Of a stretch of DNA of 64,000 nt, positions 1 through 42,700 are shown one piece after another (the first letter of the stretch is position 1; every line of letters starts with the position of its first letter). The DNA lies in assembly GCA_964252035.1 (NCBI GenBank), contig OZ176201.1. One strand, written 5' to 3'. The position numbers and the translations under genes were made by a program. A model generated the notes under the pieces. The model saw nothing but the letters and a program-made list of their open reading frames with translations, searched no databases and had not been told where the DNA came from. The DNA is from Podarcis erhardii (taxonomy: Eukaryota).

Positions 1-274
1 TTGTCACTGACTACTTGCCTAGAGTTATCTGCTTCCTGCTAGCTAGTGCTGCCTCTTTTCATCTCTTTCAGACACATGATCTCACCCAAGCTAGTCTCAG
101 AAGCACTGGTGTGAGACAATCTAGGCAAGACCCATATTGCCCTCTGCGTTCATTCCTGCCCCTACCTTTTGATTGGATCCTTACTAGCTATGTCTCCATA
201 CCTAATCTTACAAAGACTTTCTGGATTACCATCAGAATGCTCACTAGTTAGACAGACGTGCCAGTACCTTATGT

Positions 275-400
275 CAGTTTTCCTCATCCTGGTGCCCTCC
301 AAATGTTGAATTACAATTCCCATTATCCCTGACCATTTTGCTGGTGCTTATGGGATTTATAGTCCAGACCATCTGGAAGGCATCAGGTTGAGGAAGGCTG
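275..400. mobile_element. Degenerate palindromic hAT-type MITE
   Basis: Same family as 1980-2115 (ccctccaaatg...tcccattatccctgacc...catctggaagg). Confidence 0.65.
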
Positions 401-419
401 CCATACACATCTGTGTCTA

Positions 420-840
420 TGCTTATCTATGTACATGCTGTTCATAAATTGTGAGCCTGAATAGGTATATCTTGAGGATACCTGTAGGTGACTGCAGGTA
501 TGAGTGTGCATCAGATGTTGGTGGTTTGTGCTTAGAAAGGATATGAATGTATGAATGCCAGTATCTGAATGCATTCAGGTGTGTTTGTACTTTTACAGAC
601 TGATAGATGTTCATGAGAATTGGAGCAAGTTTGATACTCATCAGTGTGTGTATATGGAGTGTGCTTATGTGATTGCAAGAATGTGTGCATGTGTGACTGC
701 ATGTATTGTGAATATATTTGTGAATGCCAAGTTCAGTGTCTGTACTTACCTGTCTGCCACCTGTTCTTGTATGCTTTTATGCTTGGTGACTATGAATGCA
801 GCAGTTATGGATGGTTGTGCTGTGGATGTGAATGTGGTGT
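420..840 (+). repeat. TG-rich low-complexity tract
   Basis: Degenerate gtgt/tatg/catg repeats. Confidence 0.8.
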
Positions 841-1979
841 GCCTGCTCTGGGTAGTTTTTATCCACATTTTCCAATAGGATCTAAAATTCTCCAGAGCAT
901 GGACACTGCACTTTCTCTATCTGTCCGGTACAGACTACTTTTTTTCTCAGGGAAGATAGTAGGGGGTCAACCTTGTAATGCCAGAATCTTAAACGGGTTT
1001 TTCAAAGAAATATAAGGTGAAACCCACTGTTTCAAGCTGCAATCTCTTTGAAGGGAATTGATGACATGGAAGTGGACACTGAACACCAAAGTATGCATAC
1101 AACATGGCTCTGCTGCCTTAGATAGCATGTCAGTCATTGCAAGGATCAATTTAAATAGATACACTGCTGAATATTCATTTGGTGATCTCCCACCTCAATT
1201 CACACATGCAAGATGATGCATGGGTGTTCTCTTGAAATGGAGGTACATGCAGCAATCTCCACGCAGTTGTGTTTCAAGCAGCCATCCGTAGGGCCACTTA
1301 CATGCATGAGTTCTAAAGACTGCTGTTAAATGTGTTGCAAGATCTTGTTCTATATCACCTTTGCCGAAAACACCACCTTTGCTAAAATATTGCTCCACAT
1401 CTCTCAGCTGGTATGTATTGGAAAGCAACTTCCATTTCTTTTACACTCCACAAGCTGGTGCTGTCATTCTGTGACTTCCGTGAAATGACCGTGAATACAA
1501 GCCAAGTATGTGAAACTTGTTTCATGCGCTCTTTGCTTGGATTCAGAGCAAGGCAAGTCCATGAAGCAATTGTATATAGGAAGTAATCACCCTTACAGAT
1601 ATCAAGCTTTTGAAAATGGCAGTGTCCTTTGGGTGCATATTTATTTAACATTCTGAAGGTTGTATTCAGCACAGCATTAAAGCTAAGGTTCTGTCAGAGC
1701 ATGGACATCAGCTTGCACAATGGAACATTCTCCCTCTGTTCTACCCCCATGCGCCAACTAAAACTGTTCTGAAGTTTTCCCCAACTCTCCAGAGCAGATT
1801 TGGGACGGCACACAAAGGGAGGAAAGTAGGAGGAAGTCCTGTTGCGCCAGCAGTAATTCTTCTGCATGCAAAACTATTTCATTGAATACTGCCCTGGATT
1901 TTGTCATGGGTGTAAAGTATCTAACCAGTGGTTTCCCTCACCAGCATGTATGTGTGGTTTGTCACTGATCATCCTTACC

Positions 1980-2115
1980 CAGGCATAGGCAAACTCGGCC
2001 CTCCAGATGTTTTGAGACTGCAATTCCCATCATCCCTGACCACTGGTCCTGTTAGCTAGGGATGGTGGGAGTTGTAGTCCCAAAACATCTGGAGGGCTGA
2101 GTTTGCCTATGCCTG
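1980..2115. mobile_element. Palindromic hAT-type MITE
   Basis: 58-nt inverted arms starting CAGGCATAGGCAAACT; degenerate 8-bp TSD tccttacc/tcctaact. Confidence 0.9.
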
Positions 2116-2594
2116 TCCTAACTTGTTACACAGTCTGTTGGATCCTAACTGTCATGAACTAATTTCCACGGTATATGGAAAGGTTTTCCATTTGTGGAAG
2201 CTGTTTTAACAATTTGTATGTTTTAGTCCCATTTCAAATATCTCCCAACTCCATCCCAATAGTAAAAATGTGAAATATTTCTTCCAACTGTCCTCACTTA
2301 CTAACAATTCCTTTTTCATTCAGTTTTCAGTCAGAGCAGCATGGCCCCCTGCAACTTTCTCCTTCCAGGGAGAACAGATTTTGGACTTTAACGGGCTGCA
2401 GAATTGTTTTCCTGTGCTTTCATACCCTGTCCTTTACTTTTCTTGCTCCTTATTCATTTCACCATTGTGCCGAGATGCAATTAACTATGTTTTTCTTGTA
2501 TGGCCTTATAATTCTGACCATCCTTGTTAACCTGCCGATTCCTTTGGGGGAAGCAGGACACTGAAAGGGTAAGAGCAAAGTATTGGGATCATGG

Positions 2595-2864
2595 GACATC
2601 TGAAGATATAATTAGACATGACCATCCACTGTGAGCAAAGTTAACTTAACTGCAGCTACCATAATGTCACCAAGGAGATATAGTTCAGATTCCAAAAATG
2701 GGATAAAAACAATATATATGCTTTTATACTGAGGTTGTGTGACATCTGAATTAGAGATGGTCATCTACCGTCAACATAGTTAACATATATGCATCTACCA
2801 AAATGTCACTGAAGAGAGCTAGTTCAGAGTCCAAAAACAGGATAAAAACAGTATCTGTATCTTT
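2595..2864 (+). repeat. Old tandem duplication, period ~146 nt
   Basis: Shared blocks gacatctgaa, aatgtcac, tagttcaga, ggataaaaaca. Confidence 0.75.
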
Positions 2865-4024
2865 AAATAGCTAATGACCAAAAAACCCCACAACACCTAG
2901 CAGATTTTGAATAGTGGAACAACATGGCAAATGGCCAAATTGCACATCATGGTAAGCCATGGTTGGTGGCTTAATCACGAATTAGCAGCATTCTAGTTCA
3001 CACACCCTAATCACTCCCACTTTGTTCTTCCTCTTATGTGAATAGGAGCAACAGACCATGAAACTTGGCTTTTTGCTATGTCCAAATCTGGGGTTGTCGT
3101 TTGTTTCTTCTGAAAAGACCACAATAACAAATCCAATATTTGTTCTAGGCTTGCTGATATTGTTTTGGGGGAAGGAACAAACCATGATCCTGGTTCAAAC
3201 GTAATGACAAACTAAGTTGCATTGCTTGTTGTTCCTTCTTGCACCAGAGTAATTGTGCAGTTTGTACTAGCACACTCCTCATTCTTGGTAAGTCATCAAT
3301 AATGGCTTACTGTGGCATGCAAACAGTGTCATTTTTTACTTGTTGCACCTATTTATTTATTTTAAGCATTTATACGGCCAGTTATTGAATCTGTAAACAA
3401 TGCACATTTATCACAGGAAATGTTAGTGATCCAATTCAAATATCATACAAAAAGTTTAACTGTTGTTTTGGTGTGATGTACAAACTGACAAGCTGTAGTT
3501 TGAAATCGGCCAGTAAACCAGAATTAAAAACATACATCAAAGTGGTTTGATGTGATGTCTAAACTAACAAACCTCTAGAGGCCTGTGCAGAACAAAAATT
3601 GGGGGAGCAGACTAGCTAATTTGCCTGTACATTTGGAAACTCAAACCATATTTTGGGTTCTAAGCCATGGTAGGAATAAACCATGGTTTGGTGTGATGTC
3701 TGAACTGAATCAATGAATTAATTCATTCAAATTCTCATTTACAGAGAGCTGCTCTGATGATTCATTTGTGCCAGATAGGTATAATATAGGCATAATACAC
3801 ACAGACCCTGCAACTCAGTTTGTGGAATGGGTTTTTTTGTTACTTTTTGTTGCTGCTGCTGTTTCTGTTCTGAGCACATGAGGACTACTGCAGCTTGCTC
3901 TGAAGATGGTCCAGAAGCTACAGCTGTGGAAAACTTCTGCCACTTGGATTCTTGTGGGGGCCAGAAAATATGAATGCACAATTTTGTTCCGGTTGCTCTG
4001 AATACCAGTAGGTTTTTTGTCCCA

Positions 4025-4200
4025 ACACAAAGTGCTGGTCTTAACCTTTAAAGCCCTCAGTGGCTTGGGTCCAGGTTATCAGAAGAACCACTTTCACCCC
4101 TGTAATCCTCGCAGTATGCTAACATCTGTCCCAGGGGGCCTCCTCAAGTGCGCACCATTAAAATCAGCTAGGTTGGCGTGCACAGGGCATTGTCAGTGAT
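4025..4200 (+). mobile_element. L2 LINE ORF2 3' fragment
   Basis: Translates KVLVLTFKALSGLGPGY, typical of L2 C-terminus. Confidence 0.7.
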
Positions 4201-4727
4201 GGCCCCCAAAACTATAGACCCCCCCCTTCAATAAACTTGTATCTTGTCCCTTCAACCATGGCATTGAAGTCTTCCTTTTCATGCTGCCTTTAATTGATAC
4301 CAGAGCAGCTTCTTGGATTAATCGCTATACTGGTTCTGCTGTGACTTTGTACCTTGTTTCTCACGCCTTTTTAAATTGATTTGTGAGGACTTAGCCCTAA
4401 GTGGCTCAAATTCTTCAGATAAGACAAAGTATTGAGGAGACTTCTCCTCCCAGCTGCTGCTTTTGGGTTCCAGCCATACATTCACAATAAGAGAGATGCT
4501 GAAGACCAGTCTCCCTTTTCTCTTACGTCAGTCCAGTTTTCTCCATGACTGCAAAATAAGTGCATTATAGATGGTTCATGAAGGTATGAAAGATGAGGCC
4601 ACAGTGTTGCCCTTGGTAAGTAATTGGCTGTGTAACATATCATCCAGAGGGATATTGACAAGCACGCATTCCCATGTGTTGACCGGGTGAAGCAACAAGC
4701 GAAAGAATTGACATATTTACAGAGTGA

Positions 4728-36818
<32,091 letters not shown>

Positions 36819-39700
36819 ATAGTCCGTGCTGGAAATGAAATGTGAGCATTTGTGTCTCTACATCTGAAGTCAGTGAGGAAGGAGCGACTGGATCTCAGAG
36901 GCCTGGAAGGGAAAACCCTGAGAACATAGATCTGTCAACAGTGCAGACTTGGATGGACCCAGTATACAAAGAAGCATTTTCCTAGAAGGCCTGTTTTGAA
37001 TGCATGTTCTTCTGTAGTATCTTTCTGGTTGGTTTTACCCATAGCTTTGAAAATGTGGTGAGATGGAGCAAAATGTGGTTTTTTCTCCTGTGGTATCGTC
37101 AGCTTTTGTGATGACCAAGAACAACCCAATCAAGCACAAAACTTTATGGCCCTTAAAAGAGTTGTTTTTTTGGGGTGCTGTTACAGTTGAAGCAGTCATC
37201 GCTTCAGTGTGTTGCAAGTCTTCCGCTTGATGCACCATGCGACTGAAAAGCCTTCCTGCTTGATGGGAAACAACAGTTTAAATGTTTAAAACATTCAGAA
37301 ATGCTAAGTTGTTCCTGCAATAGATGATAAAGAGCTGTGTGATTTACGCAAGCAAAAAAAAAATCAGGTTCTTTTAGAGATGGAATATTGACTATCATTC
37401 TCCACCTAGAATTAGAGGATTTTTCGTCATTGCCTTGTTGTCCTCTGCCCTTCTAAAATTGTTTCAGGTGCAATCTTGTGCACAATTAGCTGGAAACAAG
37501 CCACATGTATAGGACAGTGCTATTAACCTTTCTAAGTTTACTTAAGCAGTGGAGCATTGACAAAAGAGTCTTCTCATATTTTGAATTGATTATAACTGCT
37601 ATGGTGGCCCTGTATAATACCTTCCCCCTAACCAAGTACTGTTGGCAGTAGTTTTACCTGAGCATCTAGAATTTTACACAGCCAGGAGAAGAGGCACTGA
37701 TTGTCATGACCCAGACTCTTGGTAAAGTTGCCGGGTCAAGGAACTAGTACGTTCTTTGAGAAATGTGATTGATGCATTCTTTGGGATATAGTCAATAGAA
37801 TAATGAGATCAATACACTTCCCCATTCTGGGAAAATATATGACATTTCGTAATCGGTTCAGACTTAGGTATTCAAACTTTGGAAACAATGCTAAAAAATA
37901 GATTCGGCATGACTTCAGGGCGTTTAGAAACAGAAGGCTGCAGCTTATATATCATTAATATGTATGGTTCCAAAGGCATGCAGAATTTCAACAAAAGTTA
38001 AAAATTGCCCTGTCATAACACTGTAGAACAAAGAGGTAAACATAGGAATTTCTGTATGAACGATTCACAGAATTGGAGATCCAGGCGGGACTCAAAAGGT
38101 CATGCTTCTGCAGTTCCCTACACCAAAGGAAACCTCCTGTCACCAGTGTACCCTAGAGCTCAGATGAGAGTGTACTACCTGTAGGAGGTAGAAACAAGAA
38201 AGGGATGTGTATGGGAGGAGAAAGCCTGGAGAGAAAATACCAGAGACAATGCAAAGAAGCCATGCGACAATGCTACAGAGAAGTCTCTCCAAACTAATGA
38301 GAAAGTTTAGAACAAGTCTGCTGAGACAGGTACCAAAGTTTAGGGCTGTATAATAGCGTGAAATGAAAATAAAGTTCTATAAGATATTGAGAGAAGAATT
38401 AGTTTCTGCTAGGCTATCATAAGGCACTTGAGTTATTTACCATGCAAGTTTCCTGTCCCCCAGTTGCCTACCGTGACTATTTAAGGGTTTCAGAATTGCA
38501 ACCCTTAAATATTTAGATACTTTAGATTGAATTTCCTACAAGGAAAAGGCAGCATTTTATCTCCCTCCTGATTTGCTCTACAGATTTCAGAATAAAGCAT
38601 TAAGGAAATATTTAAAATGCAGTCTCTTAGACAAAGGGCACACAGTGCACCAGAAAGTTCTCCTATACAAGCCACAAAACAATGAAAGGGAGAAGTGCAG
38701 GACCATAACCATGTTCACTTCACTGGGGCTTGCTCAGGAAAACATCCTGGTAGATTGTTGAAGGGATGTATATGTTGGTGTGTTGCCCTAATTTTTACCC
38801 TGTCAGGCTCCATCACTGTCAGGGCAGATGTCAGAACATCCAGCATTTATCCCAGACTCCAGACATTTAGTTCTTTAGTCTAACTTTCGCCAAGAGAAAT
38901 CGCCACTTTAAAAAAAAGTGTTGGTTTTTTAAAAAAACAACCAGGTGTTTTAGGTCTGTGTTTTTCCTCCTTTGTCTCACCATAAAGCTGATACAGTACT
39001 TAATTGCTGGTGTTTGGTTCATTGTCACAGCATGATGACAAATCTTACGAAGCCAGAGACTCAGCAATTTTTTTCTCCTTGAGGGTGCATGAAGTAGAAA
39101 CCTCTTAATTGTCTGTGTCAGGGACAGGAAGAACATTCTGTTTCAAGGGACAGCAACGACATAGAATTATTACCATGAGGTATGTTTCCTTTGGCAAATA
39201 CCTTTATTTCCTTAAAGGCTCTCATCTTTTTCCAAAGTAACCAATAAATATCCCTCCACAGAATCTGGGGAGCATGTTTGCAGCATTTCAAACTGCAAGA
39301 TACATCTTGCAATGTGGAATTAAGGCAATGCTCAAAAAAGTAACCTGAAGACTCTTAACTCAGGCAGAAACAAACAAAGGGGCTTGGAAGTCCAAAGGGG
39401 GGAAATTAACTTCCAGCAAATCCCATCTGAAATATCTAATGCAACAATTAAAGTGCTTCAGGGTTTGTTTGTTTTGAGAGCACATATTGTCAGTTTAGCT
39501 GAATTTCATTCTCTTCATGCACCTTAGTAACCCTCAACTTCAGATTTGCAAAACTGAACCAAACACTATGTAAACACCCCAGAGTTAGAATCTGAACACA
39601 TCTAATGAAATAGACAAATAGGTTGCTGTTCATTTTTATTTTTATTCCCACTGCCTTTTCAAAATAAAATTCAATCTTTTTGTGGTGGTTACTTAACAGA
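36819..39700 (+). other. CYFIP2: Probable CYFIP2 3' UTR (~2.9 kb)
   Basis: Follows stop codon; no recognisable TE; AATAAA hexamers at 38368, 38591, 39243, 39663; end is inferred. Confidence 0.6.
39663..39668 (+). terminator. Candidate distal poly(A) signal of CYFIP2
   Basis: AATAAA followed by U/GU-rich tract ttcaatctttttgtggtggtt. Confidence 0.45.
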
Positions 39701-42700
39701 GCATGATACCACATGTGTAAACACTCAGGACACTTGAGAAAGTCACTACAATCCAGAACAAATGCCATTCTGAGGCCTACTCTGTAGGATCAGCTGCAAT
39801 ATGTTATATTTAACAGCCCATATCCAATAGAAGAGTCAACTAGATGATCATAATTCCAATAATCGTTTCCAGTTCTATGAAATGGAATTTTTAGCTGTGC
39901 TCACAAATTGCATTTTAACACTGTTACTCACACATGGGTTGTGGGTTACTCTCTGTTGAGATCAATGCTATTTATAGGGAAATCCTAAATGCTTTAAGTA
40001 CACAAGTGAGAAGGAAAACAGGGTTGACTTCTGAGTCTTTGAGTGTGGGGGAAACTCAGGGTAAGTTTAGAGTATTTCCTAGAGTTTTTAAAGTATCTGT
40101 CCAACATGGTTTCCTTTCTCCCAGGATGTTTTTGCCCTGAGATTTCCATCTTTTGAATTCCCAGCAAAGAATCCCAATGGCCTTCATAGGATGCTCTTAA
40201 TGAGATAGTTCTGGTCCTCCTACTTGCAGACTAAATAACGAAGTTGTTATCAAAGAGTGAGCTGAGTCAACCAGATTTTCCTCCATGCTAAAAAAGAAAT
40301 GTAACATCTAAGTCTGTCCCCAACTGTGTGTGAAGATACACTGTCCCACAGGAACACTTTATGCCACAAGAAACAAATAAATGTAATAATTAAGAATACC
40401 TGCAAGAATGTTCCCCGGAAGAAGCTGTGGATGCATCTCTTCTGTGATCCACTGTTCTGTCCTAGCCTTCCCATCAGCATCTACTGTAAGAGGATAATTC
40501 TTACATAAAGTGCCATTACTTGCCTTCCAAGAATGCCCAGAACAATGAGTCATACAGAAGCATGGAGTGGAACTCTTCTGAGGACAGACAGTTCTTACTC
40601 CAGACACGTAGCTTATGGGGGAGTAAGCTGGAAATGAACTTCCTATTTTATTTAAAAAGAAAAAGGTGTTTCTCACCTATCAGAATTACAAACCCTGGAT
40701 CAGTGATCCTTATCTTTTCCCCTGTAGGTGGGCTTGGACCTAAACTCATCCTGTGCCAATGGAATGCAAGAAAACCTCCTGCTCATTTTTCAGCCTTGGG
40801 AGGGCCATGCCATGCCCAGCCTTTTTGGGTGTGTGTATGGTGGCGGGGACACAGTGGAAAGGAGCCAGGCCAGGAAAGCCCCATTGCATGAGCAGAATTC
40901 TATGTGTACTTCTCTGGATCCAGCCCATAATATTTTTGAATAGACCAGTGGCTGAAAGAGAAAGGGCTAGACAAAGAATGGGGAATGATCTGGGCTCCCC
41001 CTCCCCCATGCCCACCTGTCATTCCCCTGGCATCATAGGACATCAGGTTATTCAAGCTTCAAAGGAAAAATCGGAAGTGCTCTATGTTCCCAATTATTCC
41101 TTTGCTTCCACAGCTTACAATTCAAGCCGTCACTGCAAAGGTTCCTGCAAAAAGCGAGGCTTGCTCTTGGCGGTGGATTTAAATTCATGGCTGACTGCAG
41201 GCCCGGCGTTCCACAGGGACTGGCTCCCCTCTGATCAGGAGCTTCTGAATACAACCAGTCCCAATGGGGCTTGTGTTTGGTGCCAGATTTAAAAGGCACA
41301 GCTTCCAAGCCCTCTTTGCCGTAAAATAGCTGGGAGTCTCCTTTAAGGCTTCCGGTCATTCCTTTGCAGATATGGCCCTACACAACCTTGAGGATGTCTG
41401 GGTGGATACGTCTGGGGAGGGGATGGCCTTGTGAGCAAAATTAGAACCTCTAGAAGACCAAATTTGGCACACAGACCATATGTTCCTTGTCCCTTAGTTA
41501 GGCTGCCCTAACCCCATCCTCACCACTGTCTCAAGTCTTGATTGACGCTTCCAAGGCTGTTTTTCAGTAAAAATAAAATAAAAACAAGCACCATGTTTAG
41601 GGGCTGGGAAAGAAACATGCAATGGTGTGCAACATGTCATTTGGCTTTTTAAGTGTTTCTGGTGGGAACCAGGAAACCACAAAGGTACGTACCACAAGGT
41701 AGGGCCTGACAAAGGGATAAACCAAGCATTGAGGATGTAGACTCCAGATTACTTCAGCAATGATGATGAACAGCTGTGGCCCTTTCAGGCTTTAAACAGT
41801 CTATCAGGTTGATTTTTTGTGACTTGACGTTAAAAAACAAACTCTCTGCACTTCAACCATGTTCCCTTTACCAACAGAATTTGTCAGAAGTGTCAGTGGT
41901 CATATTAATTCCTATTCTCTTCTGTATTATTCTGGTTTTAATTGATATTTGTCTATTTGAGAACATGAGCAAGGTGCTGTTTTTAAGAACAGATGTTTTT
42001 AAAAAAGGACTTTGCATAATTCTTTCAAATGTATCATATTTGTATGAAGACTTGTCCAGGACTTTTTTGTACAATGAATTTACATTTATTTATGGTGCGG
42101 TATATTCACAGTAGTGATCAACTATGGTGTTTGAATTCTTGAATCATATTTGCTATGCAGCGGGAAATGATATATCTTGTTTTGTATTTTTGTTCCTTCA
42201 TCATTGGTCAACAGAAGTTCTTCATTTCCATTCAAAATGCTTCTGTATCGATAAGACACCCTGTGTGTGGTGACATGATGACCTGTATTGCAACTTCCAA
42301 CAATATGTACAGCAAAGCTAGGATGAACCCTGTTAACAAGGGAAAAATAAAAGTTGAGTCATAAATGGTTTGAATGAAAGGGTGACAAAGTTGCTGTAGC
42401 ATTATTACAAAAACAGGTGGTTTGGGGTATGAGGCGAATCAACCCAAATCAACCCAAGCTGTAGTTCCCTTGCCCATCCAGTTGCCACAATGCTTGTCAC
42501 TGCCATGTTCTTATTTCGCTTATAATTCAGCAAGCACACTGTCGGGAGCAAGGCAGCAATAAACCACCCCATAGTGGAATGTCAGGCATAACAAGCACAG
42601 TAGCTCATCCCCAGTAAGTCTTGCCCCATGGATCTGTTGCAAAGACTGAAAGTCCTTGCCTCCCCAGAACCATCTAAGTTCTCTCCAGGGCTTTTTCAAG

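Noticed and set aside
40753-41292. 179-aa intergenic ORF
   Set aside because: No recognisable domain, composition not protein-like, overlapping ORFs of similar length on the other strand
41776-42364. Hydrophobic + strand ORFs and A-rich minus-strand ORF; GFILALLYILL stretch faintly like a NIPA helix
   Set aside because: AT-rich sequence yields hydrophobic translations; similarity does not extend and frames are closed by stops
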